Position numbers and translations under genes: made by a program
Shown here: piece by piece, positions 1 to 14,193 of the stretch
Position numbering within the stretch: position 1 is the first letter of the stretch
How the letters are laid out: every line of letters begins with the position of its first letter
Assembly (NCBI GenBank): GCA_028534125.1
Contig: CM052817.1
Location: 74,588,001-74,652,000 of the forward strand
Source of the DNA: Lama glama
Lineage: Eukaryota
Reading direction: 5' to 3'
Length of the DNA: 64,000 nt
The notes under the pieces: generated by a model
Seen by the model: only the letters and a program-made list of their open reading frames with translations
Database searches by the model: none
Told to the model about the DNA's origin: nothing

Positions 1-637
1 TTATGATGTAGCCAGACTTTTGTCTATAATCTGGTGCTTTCGAGGTCACAGAGTAGAGACATATTTCTTATTTTTTGGGTTGCCTTGGTTCATGGTCCTA
101 GTTGCCCTGTCTGTTCCCTTTCTAGGTGACTTGCCAAAGAGTTGGCTCCACAGCACTGGGTAAGCTCATCAAAAGAAAACAAGGTCTCTACAGCTCATAA
201 GTGACATTAGTATATGACCTCTCCTAAGTTACTGTCTTACAAGACCATATCCACAGCCAGGAAGCTTCCATTATTACGTGGTTGGCTCCAGTTCCTTGAC
301 TTTTCTTAACTGTCCAATAAATATATGTGCCACAGAGAGAGAGAGTCCTTCTCATACAGCACTTTCCATGTTTTGTCCATCTGGCCCATGGTATGATGAA
401 TAGAAAGGTAACTTGTGCATCCTACTGACTCTATTGCCTCTACACTTTCCCTAATAAATACTTCCTAGAGACTAGTATATGTGCATCTGTGTCCTGCATA
501 ACAGTCCCCAGTGACCTCCATGCTCAGCTCTAATGGATGCTCTCCTGTCTTCATTTTATTCAAGCTCTCAGTAGCATTCAGCATGTGAACCATTCCATCT
601 TTATTTTTCCCTTCCCTAGTTTCCATGACTCTATACC

Positions 638-831
638 AACAGGTCTCAAACTTGAGAGTGAATCAGAATCACCAAAAACACAGATGGCTTCCCACCCCAG
701 CCCCTGGAGTTTCTGTTTGTAGTTCTGTATCTGTAGGTTTGAGGTGGGGCCTGAGAATTTGCATCTCTAACATGTTCCTAGGTGATGCTGATGCTTTTGT
801 TCTGGGGGCCACACTTTGAAAATGACCACTG
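638..831. mobile_element. MER5A-like hAT-Charlie DNA transposon fossil
   Basis: Diagnostic motifs tctcaaacttgag..atcagaatcacc and tggggcctgagaatttgcatctctaaca..ggtgatgctgatgct..ccacactttga. Confidence 0.85.
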
Positions 832-2289
832 TATACTCTCATGGAAACTTCATTTGTCTTTATACAAGGTCCTCATTTAATTATGCCATCATTGTGGACA
901 CTTCTCATCATCTTCTTTGCCAGATTAGCCTCCTTCAAATGACCTCTAATTTCTCCTCATAGTTCAGTCCCATCCTTCAGTCTTCATCCTGTCCTAGATA
1001 GCTTTACCATTTAAAACACAAATCTCTAGCCTGCACATTTTGAATAAAGTTGGCTAGTCTTTAAGCCTCAGTCATCACATGGTGTCGTGGTGAGGATTAG
1101 GTTGTAAATTTCAATTTGGCCCAGACAGAAATAGTGCCATGATAATTAATAAAGTAGGAACACTAATACTAATTATGGTAATCAATCATAGAGTATATAC
1201 TCCTTTAAAGTAGGTCTTTAAAAGATAAATTCAGAACCTAAAATATTTTCAGAAACATTACATTTTATATAGATAATCCTATAAATTACATCTCCATAGC
1301 TTTAATTATTTTTGCATTCCTTGTTTTAAATCTGTAGCATCATTCATAATTCATTAATCTTCTGACTAGATAAACTATTTTAAGTTCTGTTTTCAGTCAT
1401 TCCCTGAGCAAATTTATATAAGACCGGCATTCTGTCAAGTTTTATAATTATTTATTACATAATTTTCTTCAGTGCTGGAATTTTATTGGTGATATGCCCA
1501 AAGAAAAGCTGTTACTTAACAAAGTGAAGATGTAGTTATTCAAACAAATGGCTTTTTGACAGCATACTTCTTTCATGTTGGACAGAAACACTCATCACCT
1601 TTTTGTGTAAGAAAAGCACTATTTTTTTCTAGAAACCCATTCTAATTGCATTATTTCTTGAAGTTATATAATCATACTTTTCACGTTGAAAGAAATCTGG
1701 CATACCCATCCAGCCCACCTCATTGCATACAAGCGGAGGACTGTAAATCATCTTAAGAATTCTTCATTCTTTCACCATGTCTATCTTTATTTAAAAGTAA
1801 TTAATTAATTGATTCCATGTCTATCTTTCCTCATGATCTTTGGGAGATTTTAATTATTTACTTAATTTTGGTTATTAAAAGGCTTTGTTTATGATGTATC
1901 TGTTTATGATGTAATTGTATAGAGTGGGCAAGTTCCTCAAAATCATTTGTAAATTGATTCATTTGAAAAATATAAAGCAAAGCTTAATATTTATATGAGG
2001 TTTACTTTTCAATAGAATTATTCACAAATAATTTACCTTGTTGAAAGATTATTTTTCATATCTATATTTCTGGAAAATTCTGGGCAGATATATTCTGTAT
2101 TGTGTGGCTACTAGAGTTTAACTCTCTGGTTAGATTCCTAATTGACCTGTGATGAACATTTATTTGATATAAGTGGAAAATAAACATTTTTGTTTTAAAC
2201 CACAGATATTTTGGGAACTGTTAGTTATCACAGCATGATTTAGTCTAGCCTAACTGTGTCAATAAGCATATTTGGGAGATTTTATTTTG

Positions 2290-2747
2290 GACCCTTTTGT
2301 ATAAGTTTTTAATTTCTCTGAATATCAAAGACGACAGGAGGCATGTGATTATCTTCCATGAGATTGAAATATCCATCTTGCTAAGAGACTTTCTCCTTTG
2401 TTGGCTTTGCATAAACAAGTTGCCAGTGTTGTAAGATGTCATATGAAAAGGACCACACAGCAGGGAACTAAGGACAGCCTTAGGCTGACAGCCAGCAAAA
2501 AAACTGAGGCCCTTAGTCTGGTAGCCTGTAGGAACTAGAAGCTGCCAATAATTTTATGAGCTTGAAAGTAGATCCTTTCCTAGGTGACTCCAGATGAGAA
2601 CCCAGTCCTACCTGACAATTTTTAAGGGACCCAGCTAAACCATGCCTGGATTCAGGACCCACAGATACTGTGAAATAATCCATGTGTATTGTTTTTAGCT
2701 GCAAAGTGCATGGTCGCATTGTTATGTAGAAATACATAGCTAATACA
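2290..2747 (+). mobile_element. MLT1E/F-like MaLR solo LTR
   Basis: gctgacagccagcaa..ctgaggccct, acccagctaaaccatgcctgg, acccacagatactgtgaaataa, ends gctaataca; left boundary approximate. Confidence 0.8.
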
Positions 2748-5229
2748 GTTGAGAATCTAGGTTTGTGATGTATTTCTAATTCAACAACAAAGAGAGATTT
2801 CCCTGGTTTTGTTGCAGTGACTTCCAATAATAATAAATTTAATGGAGGCAGTTATAAGATAAAATATTCTGAAAGTTCAGTTCAATTTCCATAGCTTTGT
2901 GAGCTTTATTCAGCATTTACTATCATAAATGATGTAGATTAGATGTTTTGATCTTTTGATTAATTAATATTCATTGAAGAATACTTTGGACTATTTCATG
3001 ATTTCTGTGCAGAACCATTATATGGCTATGAGTACTTTACGAAATGTGCACTTTTCTGTATGTATATTGTTCTTCAATGAATTGTGGAAAAGTATAGTCA
3101 TATTGGTTTTAAGTAAAATCATATACTCTGTATAATTATTTTTACTAAGATCTAGAGTGAATATAAAATAAATTGAACCAATAAGGCAATTTTAACATCA
3201 TGGCTGATAATTTTACTCTAGGATTGGTAAAGGCTGGCATCTTTGGGAAGTAAAGCAACATCAGAAGGCAGTAAGTTAAAATTATAGATGTGATAGATCA
3301 GTAGATGGAGGATAGATACACTGTTCTAAAATTGTGTATGTTTTCCCCTCATTTTCTGTTTTGGCAGGAGAGCTACAGATGTTTGATTTTACAGGCCTTC
3401 TAATTAATTGTATCTTCAAGTTCATACTCATTGTCCAAGTCTAGTCTCTTAGTTTCTTTAGTTGTCATTTTAATCTCACCAAGGTACTTAAAAAGATATC
3501 CTCACTATTACTGTCCATAATCCTGTGCATATGAGTAATTGCTCACTGGTTAATTTTATTATATAATCTCCTTTCATTCACCTAGCTTTCCGAATGTGGA
3601 ATGCTGCTAAAGAATCACTGAATCAGTTTTTATTGCAGAAATTGGATCATGATTTCATGTTTAGTAAAAGGCCTGTTGCTCTGCTCAATCTGATGTATGG
3701 TTCAATATATCTTCCCACAGTTCACAGCAAAAGACTAACTGCGTAATGTATTATTGTGGGATGCTGAAAAAATGCACATGAATCTACACCAATAAATCAC
3801 TGGTCTAAAGTCTTTATCTCCAGATCTGTGAGGCATATGATCAATCTCAGCTGAACCGTAGAACAGTTACTGTGTCATTGTCCTTGGTGAAAGTAATTGA
3901 TGACACTGTTGGCAGGTTTGTGGCAGGGAAAGAGCTATATAATTTTCAAGCCTTTGAATTCATGGCTGTGGAGAACAGTGGAATGCAGTAATCTACCAAG
4001 ATTAGTGAGTTCTGTGTTAAAGGTGGAGAACATGCAGCAGGTTACTTGGATCCTCAGATATGCTCTCTGTGTATTTTTGCTCCTAAGCCTTTACTGGTTC
4101 TTCCCCTCAACCCCACATTTATCCCTATAATATATGGAGAGATTAAAAATCACTGCTTACTTGTCCTTTAAGGTACAAATTATGTCCCAGCTTCTTCATA
4201 TACTTTCTTGGACTTCATTGTCTTCCCTTTATTACTATTTTAAACTACTCATCTCAAACATGTGACTTGGAATTTAATAATTTCTGCTCATATACTGGTC
4301 TCATTTTTTTCAGTGATTTAATCTTAAGATAATTTATAGTTTTAAATGGGATAAACTTTGTATGTACTTAATCATTCATTCTTATTTAAAATATGTTTAT
4401 TGAGTGCTTTAGTATTCACCAGGATAGATTGATTGATTGATTGATTTTTTTTTCTCCCTTTCTTTCCTCTTCTGGTAATGTATACTAGAATTCCTGACTG
4501 CTTACTATATGTGTGAGGCACAATGAGAAGTATATACAGAAAAGTAGATGTATTGGCTGTACCTACCTAACGGAGTTCTTGTATAAGAAAGGAGGCTACA
4601 TCAGATTTCATTTTCACAAGCATCCCTAGGATCCCTGGGAGAAATGGTGAAGAGGATTATGAGACTGAAAACAGGTTTTCAACTGTACATCAAATGTCCT
4701 GCAGTGGTCAGGGGAGCACAGAGGTGCTCTGCTTTTTGTATTTGCTAGGGAGAGGTAGAGCTCTGGGAACTTAGGGGACTATTAAATTAGGGAAAAAGAA
4801 AATCCAAATACACATGCCCAGCGATGGAGTGGATAGAACAGTATGGTATCACTTATATGGATTCTAGCCCAGAGTGTGAAAAAAAAAAGCTATATATTTC
4901 TCAATAGGAAAGACTTTAAAACTGAAAAAATAATTCAACCTGTTGAGGAGTAAGTTATCCATATTCTCTTGTAAAGAGTAGGTTTGCCTAGCTTGAAGAC
5001 CTAAAAACACTTGAAGGGTAATTGCTTCTCCAAAGTCATGGGAGTGCAGTGTCCATGGCAGAAGAAGCCTGGAGAGAACTGAGCACCAAGAATGCTCAGA
5101 AGAATGGAGAACTAGTGAGAGCATCAGTGAAGGAGCATGGGCTTAGGGTCAGTACCACTGAAAATTCTCTCAAGAATAGACCCATGTACTTAGACTCCCT
5201 AGAAATGACATGAATAAAAGAAACAGAGA

Positions 5230-5425
5230 TGGCTAGCATTTTGGGATACCTGCTGTCTGACAAGCATTTGTTAAACTCTTTGCATGTTTTATGTTACTAC
5301 TTTTCTTAAAAATCATCTGACATAGGCACTATCTCTATTTTACAGAGACCGAATCCGAGGCCACACAGCATTACCCAAGGCCACACAGTCTTTAGGAAAA
5401 AGTCAGGATCCCTGCTCTAGTCTAG
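5230..5425 (-). mobile_element. MIR relic
   Basis: ctattttacagagaccgaatccgaggccacacag resembles the reverse MIR core. Confidence 0.6.
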
Positions 5426-7031
5426 TACACTAGGGAATCCAGCATCAGGTTCTTGCCTACCTCTCTACCTTTATAGTCTTTTACCTCACATTATAAGCAT
5501 CCTTAACACCACTCTAAAAGGATGTTTGTTATCACCCTACATTTATTTATGTTGTTTCCTGTTACAAGGACACCTACCCTGCCTCCAGGTCTTTCTTCAC
5601 CTTGCTAAAACCATTGCAGTTACCTCCTGCATAAATCTTTACTGGCAGACAGAGTTAGCTGCCTCTGAGCTTGTGTGACACCTATGAATATTTCCAATAC
5701 AGCCTTTATCCTCACTGAACTGGAGTTCCAAACTAAGCTAAGAGCAGAAACTCTGTTTTAATCTTCTATATGAAAAGGGCTTGACATGAACTGGAGGGCT
5801 AAAATCAGGACTCATATCAATGGCTCTGTGATTGCAAAGTTTATTCCATATAAGATATACATATTCACAACAATTATTGCACAATATACTTAGTGAAAAG
5901 CTCCATCAATGAAGTTCAGATAAAATGCTGTAGGAATTCATAAGTGTAGAATTCTCTAGACTAGAAGGAATTTGATGTGACTCCTAGTAGCCTTCTTTTT
6001 CTGCAGCTAACTATTTCTTAATCCAAATTGTAGAATTTCCTTGTCATTTCCACTCCCTGGACACAGAAAGAATTCATAGGAGCTAGCCAACACCTGTTTT
6101 TTAATTAAGTATGTTTTTTAAAATTAGTGGTGGAGTCAAAAGAATTCACATTTCCTTACACAAAATTTGTTCTTTGTTACTAGAGGCACAAAAATAGTTT
6201 TATGTTTCTTAGTTGCATTTTTATATTGATATTTTGACTAGCAAGTCCTACTCACAAACATTCTGTTCATTAGTAATTTGTCGTAGTATTATTGACAAAT
6301 GTATTTTGGTATTACACAATATTTAATAGTAGTGATTTCCTACGGGTGTTATTTTGGTGCTACTGAAACTTCTGGGATTTGAAAATACTTTTTAGGGAGA
6401 AGAGATCAGAAAAACTATAAAATTTCATTAGCACTTAAGGGATGAATCCACTACTTTTTAAAAGAGGAAGTTAAAAAGCTTTAAATTATGTCAGGAATTC
6501 TTTGGGTTAAACACAAAGAAAGATTTCCTGACAGTAAAGTATGATATGCATGAGCAAAAAAAATGACAGACTGAAGCTTCAGAGCCTTGCTGTCATTAAA
6601 TAAGCATGGAGATTCCTCTCTGCTGAGAATAGCTAAATTTAGGTAATATCTGCCAAGAAGTAGATGAGGTGAGGCAGAAGGAAGGGCATTAGCTAGGTGA
6701 CTGCTAGAAGAACCTTTCAAGATTGTTGGAAGGGTTTATGAATGTGCTAAATGAATGCAGTAAAGTAATAAGCTACAAATGTCAAACAATTCTTTCTTAC
6801 TTTATCCCCTGAGAAGTTTCAGGGATTGAAACAAAGAGTTACAGAAATTTAGCTCCTTCCTAGATACTTCCAACAGAGAAAAATAATAACCAGTATTTTG
6901 TAGGAAAAGAAGTCAAAGGGAAAAGTTTAATATTATGTACATATCACTGATTGGGTTATTCTATGTAACGATTTATGAAATTCAGTCTTTATGTGAGTAA
7001 GTGTTTTAAATAAGAGATTTTTGTAAGTGTT

Positions 7032-7615
7032 TGTGGTAGGCCAGATAACAGCTCTCAGATGATGTCTACACCCTAATCCTCAGAACCTGTAAATATGTTA
7101 CCTTACATAACAAAAGGGATTTTTGCAGATGGAACTAAAGTTACTAATTAGCTGACCTTAAAAAGGAGAAATTACCCAGGATTACCCGGGTGGTTCCAGT
7201 GTAATCACATGAATTCTTAAATGAAAGAGGAAGACAGAGGACTCAGTGAGAAATGTGACCAGGAAAGAAGGAACAGGAGAGATCTGAAGCATGAGAGCAA
7301 CTTGGCCTACAGTTGCTGGCTTTGAAGATGGAAGGAGGCCATGAGTCAAGGAATTCAAGTGGCTCTGAACAGTCACCAGTGAAAGGAGGATGTCAATCCT
7401 ATAATGAAAAAGAATTCTGCCAACAACCTGAATGAGCAAGGAAACAGATTCTCTCTAGAGAGTCCAGATAGGAATGCAACCCTGACCCTGCCAGCACCTT
7501 GATGAGACCCCTTCAGATTGCTGACCGAAGAACTGTTAGGTCATGAATGGGAGGATTTTTGTTAATTGCAAAATTTATGGTAGTGTTATGGGGCATCAAT
7601 CGAAAAGCTAATACA
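7032..7615 (+). mobile_element. MLT1D-like MaLR solo LTR, near full length
   Basis: Starts tgtggtaggc; ctaatcctcagaacctgtaaatatgttacctta; gctggctttgaagatggaagg; ends gctaataca. Confidence 0.9.
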
Positions 7616-9954
7616 GCATGCAACCTATTATATAACAACATTAAAGTATTTATAATTCAAGATGCACAATAAAGAGTATCATGAGTTTTCTGATTTATAA
7701 AAGATAGTTCAAAATATTAAGTGAAGGTATAAATTTTCCCACCATGCTCAGGAGAATGCAGCCTCTGAAGGATGACGGAGCCACAGAAATGGCATAAGTG
7801 CTGACAACCATTCTAAAGCCAGGAGACAGTTGTCTGCACTCAGCACCCATATGGCCACACAGAGTCATCTGTGCTGATGACTGCCAGGATGCTAGGTGCC
7901 AGCAGAGGAGAATTCAAGAGGAGGGAACAATGATACCCGCCTGGGATGGTGCAGCATAATTTGAAATAGAGATTTGATAAATGCACCACTTATCAAATCA
8001 AAATTGCACAAATACTTACTTCCCTTTCAGGCATATTTCTGATCTCCATGAGCTGCTGAGAGTATTTGGCAAGAAATGACACCAGAGCTGCTTTTTCACA
8101 CACTTTCCACTTAGACAGGCATCCTTTAACCCTAGTTTGGCTGCCTTAGTGCCTTCTTCATTTTGCGATGTCACTTCCCCCCCCATCATGTCGTCTCCAT
8201 TCTGACCCATTCACTGGGAAGAAGCAGGACAGTGGCAGACGGTGTGACACACTGGGGTGTGCCTGGTGCACACCTAAGCACGTATTAGCTGGGAGATGTG
8301 CATTACTGTCTGGGCTTGCGTCTGCTCTCGGGGCACTTACCAGGATGGCAAGTGCTGGATGTGCTTTCTGTGTTTTTGTGCCAATATAAATGCGGCACTT
8401 GCCATCTGGGACTGTGCTTTCTGTATTTCATCCCTCAGACAGTTCTCCAAAGAGAAGCAGCAGCTGAAAACACAGATACCAACTCTTGAACAATAAGCTT
8501 CTATTTTTCATAAACAGCTAAGTTGCAGAAGTAATAACCTAAGCTATTTACTGTAGAAATTGTATATGACCATACATAGGCAAAAAGGGCTTCTTTTCAC
8601 AGTTGCTGATATGATTACTTTCCTCCCTCATTACCTCAGGAATCCGTGTTTCCAGAAAGATGCAGCACACGGAAACATTCCATTTGAAACAGACTTCACA
8701 CCAGTTTTTCCAAGCACAGAAACAAAAGTGTGTACTGATCAGGAAGGAAAGTGAGTGAATTATTCTGCACCATAACATAATCTGAATATGGTGAAACAGG
8801 TTTTATTTACTATACTGCTTCAAAAAAAGAATCATTCTGCTGTAGCATGGAAGACACTGTGCATGTACGATATTTCTGAGAGTCTGGGTTCTAGGACAAA
8901 TCTATTTCGATACTCTGTTCTACCTCAATTCTGAGTACTCTAAAGGGATTCTTTATTGCAGTATGATGATAAGCATATGAAATTTTTCATTAAAATGACT
9001 AAGGTTAATAGTGGTTGAAATGTAGGTATGAATCCTATGTACACATTTAAAAGGGAGGGTGGAAATAAGGGTGTATCAAAGCCTTTTTGTTCATTGTGTA
9101 GAGAAAGTTAAGAATAAAGATAAAGAAAAGAAGAGATGAGAGTTGGACAGAAGAAAAAGTAAACGCTTCTGACAATAATGATACAACCCTGGATCCAGTC
9201 ATGCCTGAGGCCAGGCCCCTCAGCTTTTAAGTAGTCTGTACCCCCTCTCATAAATCGCAGATCTGAGTGTTTAGGAGGACACAACAAGATGTGCAGTATC
9301 CCAAGGTTTTAGGAATGAGAACATGTATGTGTAAAATGGTAACCTGTTTCATGTGTTAGGATGCTCTGTCAGAGAGTTGTGTAAACAAAATGAATTAGAA
9401 TGATTTCAGAAGAAGGGGTCACAACTGTAGTTGGAGATGTGAATAAAAGCTAAATGAACAGGACTGAATGTTCCCTACAATGGTTGGTATAATTCAAGTG
9501 AAAGTGGGAAAACATTTTTTGAATTGATAATTTTGTTGAATCTTAACTAGGACAGAGTCACATTTTATAAACCATTACCCCCCCCCCACCAAAAAACATA
9601 TCTAATGAAAATTACTCTTTTTAAAACACACATTTTTGTGCTCTTAAACTGTGTGCCCCCGTTCTTCCATTATGGTCTTAAGTGGTACTCTAGGCCAGCA
9701 TAGGTCAGGGTGCCGTGTGTGGCTACTTGGGCTGGTAATGCATAAACCCAGGGGCATCTTATTTAGACTTTGATGTGTGACGTATCCTGGAATGAGGCAG
9801 TGCAGAGATTGTGAGCATTTCGATAAACTGAACACAGGATACTACTGAGTATATGATTGGAGATAGTTCCAGAAAACTGTATAACCTACAATTTAGAAAT
9901 AATGATTGATGTCACTGTGCTTATGTTTAAGTAGAATCATCTTCAGAATGCTGT

Positions 9955-10200
9955 CACTTATTCATTCATGCAAAAATATTTTCTAAGCAACACTCATGTT
10001 CTAGGAACTTCATTAAAGTCTAAAGATACCATGGTAAGCAACAGAGATATGATTGCTATGTTCATAGAGTTTGCATTCCATTCTGATGGGAGGCAGTCAG
10101 ATGTTCTTATTGTGATATGCATAAATGCTACATTGAGAGAGCTATATGGTACTGTGGGCAGATGGCGGAAGGGCATTTAAATTGAAATCTAGTCAATGAA
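9955..10200 (-). mobile_element. L2 3' end relic
   Basis: attcattcatgcaaaaatatttt..aagcaacactcatgttctagg pattern of a reversed L2 tail. Confidence 0.6.
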
Positions 10201-11869
10201 TCAGACCAAAGGGTTTAAAATATTATATAAGTATCTTCTGTAAATAGTCTGTAGGGTTTACTTTTTCATACTTGTGAGTTGGAAAAAAGCAGCAAAAGTC
10301 AATCAAAGAAATGAAAGATACTGAGGTTTTCTGGAGTTCCATCATCACGACTTCTCACCAGTTACTATACTGAATGCACAAATTCTGCTAATTCACTATT
10401 GTTCTTACTTTTACTGTTGTTCTTTGTTGTCGCTGGTCACAACTAGGGTTAAACAAACATTATTCTCATGACAGATGTTCCTCATTGATATCAATTTATA
10501 GACCACTGAGAGGAATCTCAAAAAATTAGAATTCTAAAAAGCCATCCACAGCCTATTTTAGTGTACCCTCTTCTTGAGCAAACCAATTAGAACCATTTTA
10601 TAAAACTGTCTGCTCTGCAAGTTTCTCCTCTGCTTAGTCTTCCTCCCACTCATGGTCCAAAGCAGGACACAGGCTCGGACCTCTCTTTTGTTCTCCCTTC
10701 AACTGGGGAGTTTACCTCAGGCCTTCCAGTGAATGCTTGCTCTCTAAAGGAGCTGAACTCAGCATTCAGTTATATTGGAAGAATTTTTGTCATATTGCCA
10801 TTAGTTTAGGGCCTGTGCCTCCCTCTTGTGCTGAAGTGTACAGGCATGGTAAGCCTCCCTATTCACTATACTTCTTGGCTACATATGGCGTAACCTTCTG
10901 TACCCTGGGATACCTAACCTAATCTTTTGTAGAGAAGGTACGTGCAATATGCAAGAAAAGAGGACAACATCATTGAGAATGTAGCACTGACATGATTGGG
11001 AATATGCAAACCCAACCTGGCTAAGAAAGCAACAATAGGAATTTAAGAAGCCATATTCATGGATTTTTAACAGGACCTAGAGGAAAATTCCAAGAGTAAA
11101 ATTCTTATAAATCCTTGGTTGAATGTGCTCAGAAAAAAAATAAAAACAGATACATAAAGTATGCTAAAAATATTATACAGTTTGTAACTATGCACATGAA
11201 TTCTCAAAGAATGAGAAACAAAGATAGGTAACACTGATTTATCCTAATTAATTTGGTAAGGTTGGAATTGATTTGGCCTCCTTCTTATAATTAATTTGGT
11301 CTGTGATTTCTAGTAAGAAAACAAAACAGCAATTTTTATTATAATGCTTCAATTAATTAGAAGAATATAATGATAATATAAATAGAGCTAGCTATATGTA
11401 AAAATAATTGGACATGATACATTTAAACAAAAAATACTAGCTTGTAACCAAATTCATTATCATAAATTCAATTTAAATAGGGTTGAGAAAATTAGGGTAT
11501 AATTCTGTAAAATTACCTAAGTTAGGCCATCCCTCAAATTGGGAAAGAACCCAGGTTAGGCTGAGGTAACTAAGCGCTGCAGAGGAGAATTTTGGCACTG
11601 GAAGCATGCAGGTTCCCCGACTATGGTAAGCTTTTGTGCCTCCCTTTGCCGTTGTTTAAGAAGCCAACTATGTATTACCAAAGATGATGCTCTGAGGAAA
11701 AATATGCCTCAGAAATTCTAGGAACCTGTATCACTTCAAACAAAGACCCCTTATATAAGCTCCTAGACTGCTGGTTCTGATTAGGCTATAAAGATTGTTT
11801 GGTCCAGTTTTATATTACTATATAATTTGGATAAACGAAAGACTACATGTTGTATACATGTGAGTGGCT

Positions 11870-13130
11870 TCTCCACTGTCTCATTTTCCTATATATCCCC
11901 ACCACACCTGGAAGATAACCAGTATCTTTATGTTTGTGTTTATTGCTTTCTTTATATTTGTTAAAATTGTTTCATCACACATGTATGCATCTCTTAATAA
12001 TATATTACTTAGTTTTGCTTGTGTTTTAGCTTTGTAAAAATAATATCATCCTATATATGTTGTTTTTATGACTTTTCCCATTCAAAAGTATGTTTCTAAG
12101 ATCCATCCATTTTACTGCATATGGCTTTTTTCATTGCTGTGTGATATTCAGCTGTGTGAACTATTACAATTTATGCTCAATTCTCCTATTTTTGGATGCT
12201 GGTGTTGCTTTCAATATTTTTCCATAATGAGTAGTGATAAATAAGTGATGTGAATGGTACTAAGTTTTTTTTGCATTTGTCTTTTGATGCACATTTTCAT
12301 TAATTTCTCTAGAGCATATATTGAGGAGTTGAATTGATGGGCTTTGTGTATGTGAATATTCACTAAAAAAATAATTTTAAATTGTTTTCCAAAGTGATTG
12401 TATCATTTTACATTCCCACCTCAGTGCATAAGAGTTCCTGTTCACCTACAAATTTTCCAAAGCTCAGGATAGTTAAAATATTTTTTTCTGGTCTAGTACA
12501 CATAAATCATTTTGGTTTTAATTTACATTTCCCTAATCACTAAGGTTGAATATATTTTTATATATTTATTATTCATTTGGGCTTTTTCTTCTGTGAAATG
12601 GCCATTCTATGACTCATTCTCTTTTTAGATTTTTTTTGTCTTTTTAAAAACCTTATTTGAACATTTTCTTTATATATTCTGGCTTATGAATCCTTGGCCA
12701 GTCATACGTATTAACAAATACCTGACTCCGGTTTGTAGTTTGTAATTTTTCTTTTTACGAGTGTGGGTGGTGGGAAGAAAGATATATATTATTGAATGGA
12801 AGTTCTTCATTTTAATATAAGCACATTTATTAACATGTTAATGGGTAGTACTTTTTGTGTTCCCTTGGAAAAAAAATTCTTATGTGGAGTAAACAACAAA
12901 GGAATTCTTTTCTTATATTTTCTTCCTAAAGGTTTAAAGTTTTGCCTTTTATAAGCCTTTAATCTACCTAAAATTGATCTTTATACTGTTGTGAGATTAA
13001 TGTTCAATTTCTTTCTTCTTCTGGTTAACTACTACTCTCAGCACAATTTATTGAATATTCCCTCCTTTCCCTGCACTGTATCTTTTGTCATACGCTGTAT
13101 CCACATATATGGACCTTTTCCTGGGCTCTC
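11870..13130 (-). mobile_element. Ancient L1 (L1ME/L1MC-like) ORF2 end and 3'UTR, heavily decayed
   Basis: ttccaaagtgattgtatcattttacattcccacc, ttttaatttacatttcccta, tttatatattctgg, cagcacaatttattgaat in the expected antisense order. Confidence 0.8.
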
Positions 13131-13171
13131 TCCTTGGTCTAGAAAGAATTTCTGATCTGTTTAAGGCTATT

Positions 13172-13588
13172 CAGCCATACCTTGCTTCATTTTACTATGC
13201 TTCACAGATAGTCATTTCTTGCAAAATGAGAGTCTGTGGCAATCCTGCATCAACAAGTCTATTGGCATTCTCTTTTCAATAACATTTGCTCACTTCCTAT
13301 CTCTGTGTTAAGTTTTAGTAATTCTGGTAATATTTTAAACTATCCACCAGCAAAATGATTACAACTTGCTGAAGACTCAGTTGATGGTTAGCATTTTTTA
13401 ATTAGAGAATGTATGTTGTTTTTTGAGACCTAATACTAATTATTGCACACTTAATACACTACAGTATAGTGTAAACATAACTTTTATATGCACTGAGAAA
13501 CCAAAAATCCTGTGTCTCACTTTATTGCAACATTCACTTTATTGTGGTGGTCTGGAACAGAACCCACAATATCTCTGAAGTATGCCTG
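13172..13588 (+). mobile_element. Internally deleted non-autonomous Tigger1 derivative (Tigger1a-like)
   Basis: Terminal inverted repeats cagccatacctt / gaagtatgcctg followed by TA; Tigger1 left end joined directly to its right end near 13340. Confidence 0.9.
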
Positions 13589-14193
13589 TACTTCAGTCCT
13601 GGTCTTCACCTGAACATAGCTATGTCTGTCTTCTAAGTCTGTATTCTTGACTATCTCGTTCAAGATTTAACTTGTAAGAAAGTAGTGTTTTCAATTTTTT
13701 TGAATAAAGGGAAAAATAACTCACTTGGACTGTTATTCTCCTGCTGTAGTATTTTTGTTTCTGTGTCCTTTCACACATTTTCCCACAAATGTTGAAAACT
13801 CAGGAAACACTTTCTTCCTATGAAGACATGCCCCACTAACACCTGCAAACTAGAGCCAAAACAAAAATATATACGTTCCTTAGCACTGTTGATGTATGCC
13901 TCAGCCTTCTTAGATAGGGGGAATTTTAGACCTTCCCCTTGGACTTAGGCAAAAAGAACACATCTTATACACTATGGTTTGTAGGAGATTGTCCCCAATT
14001 CTTTACGAACTCTTCATTATGTGGTAGTTTTCTATGTTCTAATGTTAATATTTCCTTGGAAGTAGCAGCTGGAATAAAAAAGTGGGTTGTGAAGATTTGA
14101 GTAGTTTTCAAAACATTGGTACAGCTTAACTATTGACTAACAGGAACCTCTAGTTTCTGACAAAAATTTAAGGTTGTGGACTTAAATTAGAAA

